DNA of 64,000 bases, taken from assembly GCA_041664365.1 (NCBI GenBank), contig JBAYKW010000001.1, positions 71,168 through 135,167 of the forward strand. Direction: 5' to 3'. The stretch's first letter is position 1. Each line of letters opens with the position of its first letter. Shown here one piece after another: positions 35,441 through 45,035 of this stretch. The notes under the pieces are model-generated. The model searched no databases. It was not told the DNA's origin and worked only from the letters and a program-made list of their open reading frames with translations. The translations under genes and the position numbers were made by a program. This stretch comes from Patescibacteria group bacterium. GTDB taxonomy: Bacteria > Patescibacteriota > Patescibacteriia > UM-FILTER-42-10.

Positions 35441-36696
35441 TGGTACTCGGTGTACAGAGCGATGATGTGCTTCAGGATCAAGGCAGTACACTCGAGCTCA
35501 TCGACCACCAGGAATTCCTCCTTGCCATGGAGGTTGCGGGAGCCGTAGCCGATGTTGGGTGTGGCACAGGTGGGGTAGATCATGTTGAAGCCGGCGCCGT
35601 CCGTCCCGCCGCGGACGTTGTGATCGGAGGTGGTGACACCGTGGATAGCGTGTGCCGCGTAGATCGGCTGGAGCAGGTCGCGGTTGGCTTCGTTGATCGA
35701 GCGGTTGTTGATGCACACCGTCTCGTCCGACACGATCTTGAAGGTACAACCTTCGGCCCTGGCGCACTGCTGTGCGACCTGGACTGCGCGTCGCATCATC
35801 ACGTCCGTTTCCTTCTCGTCGAAGGAGCGGGGGACGATGAGCAGGCTGGCCTTGCCGGCGTCCATCTTAGCGTCCACGATGTAGAAGAACGGTGCCCTGC
35901 GGTCAGCGATGCCGGCGTACGGGTTGAGGAAGAGCTGTTCCATCTGCATGGCGAATGCCATCGCCGCGTAATGAGCGCGGTGGAGCTTGTGCGGGTAGAC
36001 GCCGGGGTGGGCGTCAGCGCCGTAGAACTCCATCTTCACCATCCGGCAGGCGAAACAGCCCAGGTCGATCTCGCCGACCGGACCTCCGTCCACGGTGAGC
36101 AGAACATCCCACGCACCGGCGATCTCCGGCGGGATGTTCTTCCCCTTGATGCGACCGATCTCCTCGTCGGTGCAGATCCACAAGTCGAGCGGTCCGTGCG
36201 AAAGTTGCTTGAGGAGCATGTTGCCAACTGCGTCAACGATGACGGCTAGACCACCCTTGTCGTCTGCACCGAGCAGACTGTCGCCGGAGCCGGTGATGAT
36301 GGTCTTGCCCTCCAGTCCCGTGAGGTCTTCGGCGGGGATCACGACATCACCCTTCGGCAGCACGATGCTCCCGCCCCGATAAGGGGGATGGATGATCGGA
36401 GTGACGGCGCCGGAAACGCCGGGGTAGGTGTCGACGTGTGCGGAAAGGCACAGGTACGGCTTGTCTTCGAGTCCTTTGGTCGCCGGGAAGCGAACGATGA
36501 GTTCACCTTCCGGCAGGTCCACGAACTGGCCATCGGCAGTGCCCAGCTCGAGCAGGCCGTCTTTCAAGAGGTGCATGACTTCAAGCTGTCCGGGGCTTGT
36601 CGGGAACTCCGTTGACTCGGCGTTCGAAGCTGAGTCCACGCCGACATAGCGCAGGAACAGTTCCGTGACCGGAGCGAGTGCGGTCGGTTGGTTCAT
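35431..36696 (-). CDS. pepT: Peptidase T (tripeptide aminopeptidase, M20B)
   Basis: Start at MNQPTAL with SD GGGAGG; the track start is TTG at 36711. Motif ELFLRYVGVDS as in PepT N-termini. HxD, GADDKGG and EEIG metal ligands. About 62% GC. Confidence 0.85.
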   Translation of the reverse strand: MNQPTALAPVTELFLRYVGVDSASNAESTEFPTSPGQLEVMHLLKDGLLELGTADGQFVDLPEGELIVRFPATKGLEDKPYLCLSAHVDTYPGVSGAVTPIIHPPYRGGSIVLPKGDVVIPAEDLTGLEGKTIITGSGDSLLGADDKGGLAVIVDAVGNMLLKQLSHGPLDLWICTDEEIGRIKGKNIPPEIAGAWDVLLTVDGGPVGEIDLGCFACRMVKMEFYGADAHPGVYPHKLHRAHYAAMAFAMQMEQLFLNPYAGIADRRAPFFYIVDAKMDAGKASLLIVPRSFDEKETDVMMRRAVQVAQQCARAEGCTFKIVSDETVCINNRSINEANRDLLQPIYAAHAIHGVTTSDHNVRGGTDGAGFNMIYPTCATPNIGYGSRNLHGKEEFLVVDELECTALILKHIIALYTEYQAV

Positions 36697-36858
36697 GCCG
36701 AAACCTCCCAAGAATCGGGTAATTGTCTACTGTACCCGGAAATTGGGCACAGTTTTGGTTTTTACCATATTATTTTGACTCTGGCAAGCTAGGGTAGTCA
36801 CATAGTGACTGCACTGACAAGTCGCCAGAAGCAGCAATATTTGATACAATAATCCGGT

Positions 36859-37641
36859 ATGAATAAGGAAACAAAGATAATAATCAAAGCAGTAGAAGCC
36901 GGCGGGGAAGTATTAAGGAAATATTTTGGCCAGGAGCTTAAAGTTGTTCAAAAGACACTTCCGGCTGATGTATACACAAAAGCGGATATTGAGTCGGAAG
37001 CAGCGATTTTAAGTATTGTTACCAAAGAATTACCAGGCTATAATATCTTTTCCGAAGAAACGGGAGAGATCAGGAGAAATTCCGAATATACATTAATTAT
37101 TGATCCCTTGGACGGGTCAAATAACTTTGTTCTGGGGATTCCCAATTTTTCTGCATCAATAGCCCTTTTAAAAAATGATGAAATAATAGCGTCTGCAATT
37201 TATGATCCGATTCAGAAAAAAACCTATCACGCGGAAAAGGGAAACGGCGCATTCTGCAATAAGAAAAAAATTGAAGTAAATAAAATTTCTGAATGGGAAA
37301 AATCAACTGTTGTTTATATAACCCATTATACTGTGAACCGCAGACCGCATAAGCTAATTATTGACCGGATTGAGAATAAGAAAGTAAAAAGAGTTTTGCG
37401 CAACTGGTCACCCTCACTGGATTTTTGCATGCTCGCTTCAGGAAAAATTGAAATTCTGATTAATAATTACAGCGAGATTTATGATCATATTGCCGGTAAA
37501 CTGATTGCCAGGGAAGCCGGGGCACGCATTACAGATTTTTCCGGAAAAGCTGAAAAAAATGACATGAATAGCATATTCATGGCCACTAACGGCACCAAAC
37601 TCCATGGCGAAACTGTAAAATTATCACTGACAAATAAATAA
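36859..37641 (+). CDS. Inositol monophosphatase / FBPase family protein
   Basis: IMPase motifs FSEETGE and IIDPLDGSNNF, and WSPSLD. Confidence 0.8.
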   Translation: MNKETKIIIKAVEAGGEVLRKYFGQELKVVQKTLPADVYTKADIESEAAILSIVTKELPGYNIFSEETGEIRRNSEYTLIIDPLDGSNNFVLGIPNFSASIALLKNDEIIASAIYDPIQKKTYHAEKGNGAFCNKKKIEVNKISEWEKSTVVYITHYTVNRRPHKLIIDRIENKKVKRVLRNWSPSLDFCMLASGKIEILINNYSEIYDHIAGKLIAREAGARITDFSGKAEKNDMNSIFMATNGTKLHGETVKLSLTNK

Positions 37642-37645
37642 AATT

Positions 37646-37870
37646 ATGAGTGAAGGATTATCAAAATTTAATGAAGGTGGAATATCTAATGAGGATGAGC
37701 AAAAAAAAGCGCGCATTGATGTTATTCGTTATGAAATTATGCAAATTGAAAGAAAAATCATGAAATTGAATATTCACCGCAAACCAGATTCTGAAGCTGA
37801 AATTAGTAGCCTACACGAAAGACAAGCAGAACTTTTAACCGAATTACAACAACTTGAAAATGAAAATTAA
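37646..37870 (+). CDS. Small coiled-coil protein (DUF465/YdcH-like?)
   Basis: 74 aa. Pattern IRYEIMQIERKIMKL...LHERQAELLTELQQLE resembles YdcH-family proteins. Weak call. Confidence 0.35.
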   Translation: MSEGLSKFNEGGISNEDEQKKARIDVIRYEIMQIERKIMKLNIHRKPDSEAEISSLHERQAELLTELQQLENEN

Positions 37871-38876
37871 AAAAGAAAAAATAGCCTCTATTTCTAGTGG
37901 TCATGATCCATTGCATATCGGTTTAATGGGAGCACTCGCTATAATGCTCGCTGCTTTTTTATGGGCATTTGACGGAGTGGTGCTGACACCCTGGGTGGTT
38001 GATCTGGGACTTTCTGATATACCGACATTTGTTTTTATGCTGCATGCGGTGTCATCGGTTTTCCTGAGCTATTATTTATTTAGAAAGTTTAAAGAATTGA
38101 AAAATCTGGACAAAAAAGACTGGTTGGCATTCGGTCTGACCGGATTCTTTGGCGGAGCGGTCGGTACCATGGCGATTATTGCGGCGATAGTTCAGGTTTA
38201 CAGCGAGGGTTTAAACATTTCTGTTGTACTATTACTGCAAAAACTTCAGCCGATCTTTGCTATTTTACTGGCCTTTATTTGGCTGAAGGAGAGGCCGAGA
38301 AAAATATTTTATGTCTGGGCCGCGGTTGCTTTAATCGGTAGCTATCTTTTGACATTCGGCCTGCATAGTCCGGATTTTAAAGCAACTGGCATGTTCATTC
38401 CGGCAATGCTGGCTATTTTAGCGGCGTTTTCGTTCGGATCCTCCACGGTATTTTCTAAAAAAGCGGTTGCTAAAATTAATCATGGATTGAGCACGGCACT
38501 GCGGTTTTTTATCACAACCGCAATTATGCTGGTAATAATTTCGGTTATAGAACTGCTAAAATCAGCTGGAATTGAAACGAGCTATGCCGGGTTTAGCGGA
38601 TTTAGCGCAATTAACTGGAACCTGATCGGCGCGTTTGTTGTTATCGCTTTGAGCACCGGCGGAATGGCGATATTTATATATTACTGGGGGCTGAAAAAAG
38701 TTTTAGCATCACGTTCGACTGTTTATGAAATGGTATTTCCGGTAAGTGCAATAATTCTGGAATACTTTATTCATAAACAGACTCTGACAGCCGGACAATG
38801 GCTGGGTGCTGTAATTGTATTTGGCGCAATCTGGTCAATTCTGCGACTGAAAAAGATTGATGCGCAGGTTGAATAA
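37854..38876 (+). CDS. EamA/DMT-family transporter
   Basis: 340 aa, 10 TM helices in two EamA-like halves. Confidence 0.8.
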   Translation: MKMKIKKEKIASISSGHDPLHIGLMGALAIMLAAFLWAFDGVVLTPWVVDLGLSDIPTFVFMLHAVSSVFLSYYLFRKFKELKNLDKKDWLAFGLTGFFGGAVGTMAIIAAIVQVYSEGLNISVVLLLQKLQPIFAILLAFIWLKERPRKIFYVWAAVALIGSYLLTFGLHSPDFKATGMFIPAMLAILAAFSFGSSTVFSKKAVAKINHGLSTALRFFITTAIMLVIISVIELLKSAGIETSYAGFSGFSAINWNLIGAFVVIALSTGGMAIFIYYWGLKKVLASRSTVYEMVFPVSAIILEYFIHKQTLTAGQWLGAVIVFGAIWSILRLKKIDAQVE

Positions 38877-38897
38877 TAATGATATAATAAAAAAAAT

Positions 38898-39647
38898 ATG
38901 ACAGAAATTTGGCTTTATACAATTGGTAGTGTTTTTATAGTCAGCTTGGTTTCCTTTATTGGAATCCTGGCGATTTCGATTAATCTGGAAAAGTTGAAGA
39001 AAGGTCTTTTATTCCTGGTCAGTTTTGCCGCCGGCTCACTTCTGGGCGATGCATTTATCCATTTGATTCCGGAGGTATTTGAGGAATCAGAAAATACAGA
39101 GATCGTACCCTTTATGATATTAGCGGGATTTATCATCTTCTTTATTTTGGAAAAGATTCTCTGCTGGCGTCATTGCCATGTACCGACATCCGAAGAACAC
39201 CCGCATCCGGTGGCAGTGAACAATTTGGTTGGGGATGGATTTCACAACTTGATAGACGGTATGATTATTGCCGGCAGTTTTTTAGTGAGTATACCCTTAG
39301 GTATCGCAACCAGTATTGCTGTTTTACTGCATGAAATACCGCAGGAAATAGGTGATTTCGGCATATTACTGCACGCCGGGTTCAATAAGCGGAAAGCATT
39401 AATATTCAATTACCTGTCGGCATTGACGGCATTGGTCGGTGCAGCTCTTACTCTGATTATCGGAACAGCGCTGGAAAACAAGCAGGTTTTTGTGATTGCA
39501 TTTACCATCGGAGGTTTTATCTATATTGCGGCGGCGGATTTAATACCGGAAATGAAGAAGGAAACAAACTTTAAAAAATCCTGGTTCCAGCTTTTGTCTC
39601 TGATGCTCGGAATTGGCGTGATGGCACTTTTACTGTTGCTAGAATAA
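38898..39647 (+). CDS. ZIP-family metal (zinc) transporter
   Basis: ZIP signature HEIPQEIGDFGILL plus a His-rich loop (HCHVPTSEEHPHP). Confidence 0.85.
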   Translation: MTEIWLYTIGSVFIVSLVSFIGILAISINLEKLKKGLLFLVSFAAGSLLGDAFIHLIPEVFEESENTEIVPFMILAGFIIFFILEKILCWRHCHVPTSEEHPHPVAVNNLVGDGFHNLIDGMIIAGSFLVSIPLGIATSIAVLLHEIPQEIGDFGILLHAGFNKRKALIFNYLSALTALVGAALTLIIGTALENKQVFVIAFTIGGFIYIAAADLIPEMKKETNFKKSWFQLLSLMLGIGVMALLLLLE

Positions 39648-39665
39648 ATATCTTTTGATAAATCT

Positions 39666-40466
39666 GTGGAAAATAATTATTTATTGGCTTTTGCATTAAC
39701 TTTATTTGCAGGACTTTCGACAGGGATCGGAAGCGCTGTGGTTTTTTTTACAAAAAAACCGTCAGGAAAATTCCTATCTGTTTCACTGGGTTTTTCAGCA
39801 GGCGTGATGATTTATGTGTCGTTCATGGAATTACTGCCGAATGGTATTTCTAAACTCGGAGAGAAAATGAATGGATCGGGCGAATGGGTTGGTCTGCTGG
39901 CTTTTTTTGTTGGAATATTTACGGTTGCATTAATTGATAAACTGATTCCAAGTCATGATAACCCACATGAAGTGCATACTATGGAAGATATTGAAAATGA
40001 TACCTTGGGTCATCATCACAAGATGTATAGAATTGGGTTGTTGTCCGCGCTGGTTATTGCAATCCACAACTTTCCTGAAGGTCTGGTTACTTTTGCCGGA
40101 ACGATCGCTGAGCCCTCACTTGGCATAACGCTTGCGATCGCCGTTGCCATCCACAATATACCCGAAGGGATAGCAGTCGCAGTTCCGGTATTGTATGCTA
40201 CAAAAAGCAAAAAGAAAGCGTTTTGGTTTTCTATTTTTTCCGGTATCGCAGAACCGGTCGGCGCAGTTGCAGGATATTTTGTTTTATCATGGATATTCAC
40301 CGATATACTTATTGGAATACTTTTATCATATGTCTCGGGTATAATGGTATTCATATCTCTTGATCAATTGCTTCCAACCGCCAAAGCATACGGTGAGCAT
40401 CATCTTGCGATTTATGGATTAGTCGCTGGCATGGCTTTAATGGGAGCTAGTCTACTATTATTCTAA
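39666..40466 (+). CDS. ZIP-family metal transporter, ZupT-like (GTG start)
   Basis: Motifs HNFPEGL and HNIPEGIAVAVP. His-rich loop HDNPHEVH...GHHH. Confidence 0.85.
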   Translation: MENNYLLAFALTLFAGLSTGIGSAVVFFTKKPSGKFLSVSLGFSAGVMIYVSFMELLPNGISKLGEKMNGSGEWVGLLAFFVGIFTVALIDKLIPSHDNPHEVHTMEDIENDTLGHHHKMYRIGLLSALVIAIHNFPEGLVTFAGTIAEPSLGITLAIAVAIHNIPEGIAVAVPVLYATKSKKKAFWFSIFSGIAEPVGAVAGYFVLSWIFTDILIGILLSYVSGIMVFISLDQLLPTAKAYGEHHLAIYGLVAGMALMGASLLLF

Positions 40467-40487
40467 ATATTTTGCTAAAATAATTGT

Positions 40488-41159
40488 ATGCATTTACCGG
40501 ACGGGTTTATTGATACAAAAATTGCAGCTTCTTTTCTGGGAGCGGCTTTGACTTTCGGCGCATTCTCAATTGCAAAAATCAAAAAAAACATTTTAGTTAA
40601 GAATAAAAAATTTGCTTTAGTTACACCGGAAGGAATTAATTTCGGGTCTGGTGAGACTATGGGAATTTCAAAGTACGGAAGGAAACTGCTGATCAACATG
40701 GTTTTGGTTGGGTCATATATTTTTGTAATGCAGATGGTGGATTTTGAACTCGTAGGTGGTCAAATTGGCCATTTTCTTGGCGGAGCGCTGGCCGGCATTT
40801 TGCTCGGACCTTTTGCCGGTATGATAGTTATTTCCATAGTTCTCGCGATCCAGGCATTTTTTATGGCGGATGGGGGAATGATTGCACTTGGCTTGAATAT
40901 AGTTAACATGGCGGTAATCGGCGCGGCGGGCGGGTATTATATTTTCACGTTTATCAGAAAAAGTGTTAGACACAGAACTATTGCAGTTTTACTTGCTGTG
41001 TTCTTAAGCGTTGTACTTGCAGCCTTTGCTTACGAATTAGAATCAATGATGACTGGTGCTATTTTTAATCCGGCATTTATTCAAACTCACATGATTGTCG
41101 GTTTGGCTGAAGGATTCATTACATTACTGATGCTTAGGGCATTTAATTTTAAAGAATAG
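40488..41159 (+). CDS. NikM/CbiM-family metal-transporter substrate component-like membrane protein
   Basis: N-terminus MHLPDGF, as in the M-H-[IL]-P-D-G metal-binding N-terminus of NikM/CbiM. 223 aa with six or seven TM helices. No CbiQ/CbiO partner is adjacent. Confidence 0.5.
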   Translation: MHLPDGFIDTKIAASFLGAALTFGAFSIAKIKKNILVKNKKFALVTPEGINFGSGETMGISKYGRKLLINMVLVGSYIFVMQMVDFELVGGQIGHFLGGALAGILLGPFAGMIVISIVLAIQAFFMADGGMIALGLNIVNMAVIGAAGGYYIFTFIRKSVRHRTIAVLLAVFLSVVLAAFAYELESMMTGAIFNPAFIQTHMIVGLAEGFITLLMLRAFNFKE

Positions 41160-41213
41160 ATAATCCCAAAAAGCTGATTGGACGTGAATCAGTTTTTTTA
41201 ATACAATGGATCT

Positions 41214-42197
41214 ATGCAATCCACAGACAAAATTTACGGAGACATCGAAATAACGGAGCCGGTGGTTTTGGCATTGATTGAAACCCCGCAAATGCAGCGG
41301 CTGAAAAAAATCCACCAATACGGCATTTATCATTATTTCTATCCGGAAGCAGGTACTACCCGCTTTGAACATTCGCTGGGTGTTTACTGGATATTGAATC
41401 AGTTCGGAGCAAGCCTTGAGGAGCAGATTGCGGGGCTGTTGCATGATATTTCCCATGGTACTTTTTCACACGTCATGGATCATTTGTACAATCGCTACGA
41501 AAAAGAAGACTACCAGGAAAGTGTGAACGAGAAATATTTTCAGACTGATATCAGTACGGTTTTGCGCAGGTTTAATATTGACCCTGCCGTTGTGGAAGAT
41601 ATTAAAAGATGGCCGCTCGCGGAGAACAATCTGCCGGATATCTGCGCGGATCGTCTGCAATATACGCTGGCTGATGCTGTTACTGCGAATAAAACTGACC
41701 AAAAGAAGGCAATGACAATAATCAGCGATCTGACAGTGAAGAATAATATGATTGTTTTCCGGGATGCAAATATTGCGAAAGAATTTGCCGAATTGTCATT
41801 ATGGATGTGCGGGAATTTTTGGCACTCGAACTGGGGTGTTTATTCCTATGATATGCTGAAAAATATTCTGGTGATGGCAATGGACGCAGGTATACTGAAT
41901 AAAGAAGATCTGGATACTGATGATGACGCGGTAATCATGAAATTAGAAAATTGCAAAAACAAAGATATTGTTTATGCGACCATGAGACTGAAAAATCTTG
42001 ACCGCAGCAAAGTTATTGAAGATGTGGACAACTATGACTATATTCACAAAAAATCCAAAATGCGCGTGATTGATCCACTGATAATTATTGGTGATAATAT
42101 GACTAGGGTTTCTGAAATCTATCCCGAATTTAAGATGGGATTTGAACAAGAAAAGATTAGGGTGAATAGCCCCCGGTATTTAAAACTTATTGATTAG
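41214..42197 (+). CDS. HD-domain phosphohydrolase
   Basis: H...HD motif (FEHSLGVY ... LLHDISHGTFSH). Confidence 0.75.
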   Translation: MQSTDKIYGDIEITEPVVLALIETPQMQRLKKIHQYGIYHYFYPEAGTTRFEHSLGVYWILNQFGASLEEQIAGLLHDISHGTFSHVMDHLYNRYEKEDYQESVNEKYFQTDISTVLRRFNIDPAVVEDIKRWPLAENNLPDICADRLQYTLADAVTANKTDQKKAMTIISDLTVKNNMIVFRDANIAKEFAELSLWMCGNFWHSNWGVYSYDMLKNILVMAMDAGILNKEDLDTDDDAVIMKLENCKNKDIVYATMRLKNLDRSKVIEDVDNYDYIHKKSKMRVIDPLIIIGDNMTRVSEIYPEFKMGFEQEKIRVNSPRYLKLID

Positions 42198-42622
42198 TCT
42201 TTGTTTGGCCGAGCATTGTAGCTTTCAAATGCTGGTTTTAGGTTATCAATAAGTTTGAATTTCATGTATTCTTTCGGATTAATCCATTCATATTTATCAT
42301 GATCATCACTTAAGTTAACTTGGTCGGTGTCGGCCTGACATTCGAAAAAGATCCCGACAATTTGCCACAGCTCACCGTTTTTTTCCGGTCGCCATTCGTT
42401 CACAAAAAACGGATCTCCGATTGCGATATTTAACCCGGTTTCTTCTTTAATCTCTCTGCGCAGACTTTCATCAAACCTTTGTCCCGGTTTAACCCGCCCG
42501 CCGGGAATATCATAATATCCCTCATTAGTGCCGTCCTTATATTTTCCTGATTCCCGAAGAATCAGTATTTTACCGTTATATTTGATAAATGCTTTAGTGG
42601 CAGTGAATTGTTTTATATCCAT
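42194..42622 (-). CDS. NUDIX hydrolase
   Basis: Nudix box GGRVKPGQRFDESLRREIKEETGL. Confidence 0.85.
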   Translation of the reverse strand: MDIKQFTATKAFIKYNGKILILRESGKYKDGTNEGYYDIPGGRVKPGQRFDESLRREIKEETGLNIAIGDPFFVNEWRPEKNGELWQIVGIFFECQADTDQVNLSDDHDKYEWINPKEYMKFKLIDNLKPAFESYNARPNKD

Positions 42623-42627
42623 AGAAA

Positions 42628-43017
42628 TTATATTTTAAGGATAAAATCAAATAATATTCCCAGTATCAATGCGATCCCGGAAAGTATAAAAATCGCATAG
42701 TTATTCCATTTTTCTTTGGAGGATACCAGCGTGCCGAGAATATAACGCAGTGCTTTTTTATCATCGTCGGTCAAATGGTCTAAGCTGTCCATTTTCTCGC
42801 GTAGTTTATGTTCTACAATTAATTTTGATCGTTTTTTTGAGATGTCGAATCGATGAATAAAATAAATAATGAATCCGATAGTACCGATGTACCAGAATAT
42901 TTTTACTACAGTCGCGTCATTAATAACAATTATAGCGCGGTAAGCAAATGTAGCGATTATGCCGGACCAAAAATAAAACAACCGTAGCGGTTTTGGACTT
43001 GTTTTCGGTTCTTCCAT
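42628..43017 (-). CDS. Hypothetical membrane protein
   Basis: 129 aa with three TM helices. Four nt downstream of the permease gene. Confidence 0.5.
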   Translation of the reverse strand: MEEPKTSPKPLRLFYFWSGIIATFAYRAIIVINDATVVKIFWYIGTIGFIIYFIHRFDISKKRSKLIVEHKLREKMDSLDHLTDDDKKALRYILGTLVSSKEKWNNYAIFILSGIALILGILFDFILKI

Positions 43018-43051
43018 GTTTTTTAAATATCCCTTCTAGTTCTATTTATAA

Positions 43052-44251
43052 TTATTTACCCCAGATAGCGTTTAACAATTTTATCCTAGTGATCATAAAA
43101 GAGGGAATTAGGCTGACCAGAATTGAAACAATGATAATTGATTCCATCCGGAAAATGAAATCCGCAGGCTCAATTGCTAATGTGGCGTCAACAATCGGCA
43201 ATACAAAAGGGTGAGCGATAAAATACGGCATAATTGCACCGAAAAACAATGCAGCGCCTAGAGCAACGCCGATCACGGAATATATAGAAGAGATTATTAC
43301 GTACGCGGAACGGATGATATAAGGTTTCACGCCGATCGCCCTTAGAATTCCAATTTGCTGTTTTTTATTTGAGATATCTATGTAAACGACAATAAATATT
43401 GTAACTGCGGCAATCAGCGTGGCGACCAGACTTAAAATGAAATCAATTGACAGAAAACTAGTCGTTACCGAGTTCATCATACCGGCCGCGTCCTCCCAGG
43501 TATAGTATGTTCCATGAATTCCACTTTCTTTTATTTGTTCTATCACTGCCTGCTCATCACGGGGTTCATTAAGCCGGACTAAAGCGGTATTTGCCTGATC
43601 AGCTAATGATGGAAAAACCGAATCCAATCCTGCGTATGTGATGAATGCGGTATTGTCCACGGACATATATTTTGAATTAAATATTCCCCTTACGACAAAC
43701 TCTTTTTCAATGCCGTTAAGATTTGCTTTTATGACATCACCGATTTCCGCGTGCAGGGAGAAAGCGTCTAGTTCCGCGACATCTCCGCCGGCAATCTGTT
43801 TGCCGAGAATAATTCCACTCTGATCGCCGGACTTTAAGTATTCTCCGGAAATCATATTGTCAAAAATCTTTGTTACTTTTATTTCTTGTTCGGGATTAAT
43901 TGCATTAACAATCCAGTTACCGTTTTTTTCACCCAATGCAAGATTTCCACCGATTTCAAACTGCGTGGTTACCGATTCAATACCGGGGATTTGTACAATT
44001 TTTTCAATAACATTGTTTCGGTTTTCAAAAACATCTTTTCCGCTGTTCGGTTTAATCAAAATGTGACCGGAATACATATTAATTACCTGTTCGTTTGATC
44101 CCTTAATAACACCTTTAAAAAGCGAGGAAACAAAAACTAGGTTGATAAATGCAGCCGCCATTAAGAATATTATCAAAAAGAAAGTCCACTTACTGCCACG
44201 GGTAATCTGTCGGAATGCAAGGAAAAATGGAATTTTGAATTCATATTTCAT
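43052..44251 (-). CDS. ABC transporter permease, FtsX/MacB/LolC-like
   Basis: One N-terminal TM helix, a large periplasmic domain, and three C-terminal TM helices (FtsX fold). The start overlaps the ATPase stop. Confidence 0.8.
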   Translation of the reverse strand: MKYEFKIPFFLAFRQITRGSKWTFFLIIFLMAAAFINLVFVSSLFKGVIKGSNEQVINMYSGHILIKPNSGKDVFENRNNVIEKIVQIPGIESVTTQFEIGGNLALGEKNGNWIVNAINPEQEIKVTKIFDNMISGEYLKSGDQSGIILGKQIAGGDVAELDAFSLHAEIGDVIKANLNGIEKEFVVRGIFNSKYMSVDNTAFITYAGLDSVFPSLADQANTALVRLNEPRDEQAVIEQIKESGIHGTYYTWEDAAGMMNSVTTSFLSIDFILSLVATLIAAVTIFIVVYIDISNKKQQIGILRAIGVKPYIIRSAYVIISSIYSVIGVALGAALFFGAIMPYFIAHPFVLPIVDATLAIEPADFIFRMESIIIVSILVSLIPSFMITRIKLLNAIWGK

Positions 44252-44961
44252 AATAAAATCCCATCTCTTAATTCAATAATTCTGCTGGCATAACTTTTTT
44301 CGTCCTGTTCGTGGGAAATCATCACAATTGTATGACCTTCAGCGTGCAGTCTCTCAAAAATTTCCAGAATTCCTGCGGCTGCGACTGAATCCAGGTTGGC
44401 GGTCGGTTCATCAGCAAAAAGTATTTTTGGGTTGTTGATCAGAGCGCGGGCAATCGCTACCTTCTGCTGTTCTCCTCCGGACATTTGTTTCGGCTGGTGT
44501 TTGAGCCGGTTTTCCAAACCGACTTTTTTCAGTAAATCAATTGCTCTTGGTCTGCATATTTTTGTCGGTTCAGTCAGCATGGCTGGGAGCATTACGTTTT
44601 CAATGGCGTTTAATTCCGGTATTAATGCGTATTCCTGAAAAATATAGCCGATTTTATTGTGGCGGATTCCGCGTCGGTGCTTCTCATTCAGATGAGTTAC
44701 TTCATCACCGTCCAGATATATTTCACCGCGGTTCGGCCAGTCCAAAAGTCCGATCTGGCGGAGTAGGGTGGATTTTCCTGATCCGTTTCTGCCGGTAATA
44801 ATCAAAAATTCTCCTTCTTGAATATCTAAGGAGATTTTTCGGAGTGCCTTAACCTTGATTTCGCCAAGGTTATATGTTTTCTCAATATTTTTAATTGAGA
44901 TGATTGCTTGCTGTTCCATAAACGTCTTGTATTTTGACTGGATTATAGCATAAATCCCCAA
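44248..44961 (-). CDS. ABC transporter ATP-binding protein (LolD/MacB-type)
   Basis: Walker A GRNGSGKST. Signature LSGGEQQKVAIARAL. Walker B LFADEPT. Confidence 0.9.
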   Translation of the reverse strand: MGIYAIIQSKYKTFMEQQAIISIKNIEKTYNLGEIKVKALRKISLDIQEGEFLIITGRNGSGKSTLLRQIGLLDWPNRGEIYLDGDEVTHLNEKHRRGIRHNKIGYIFQEYALIPELNAIENVMLPAMLTEPTKICRPRAIDLLKKVGLENRLKHQPKQMSGGEQQKVAIARALINNPKILFADEPTANLDSVAAAGILEIFERLHAEGHTIVMISHEQDEKSYASRIIELRDGILL

Positions 44962-45035
44962 AATTGTTAATAAAACTTGCTATTTACGGCTTAAACAGTT
45001 AAACTTAACGCGCATTAATTATTACTAAAAATTCC

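Noticed and set aside
35380-36249. 289-aa plus-strand ORF (and several 60-95-aa ORFs) overlapping pepT
   Set aside because: It is antisense to a well-supported M20 peptidase gene in a 62% GC region, where long stop-free antisense frames arise by chance. It has no RBS or motifs.
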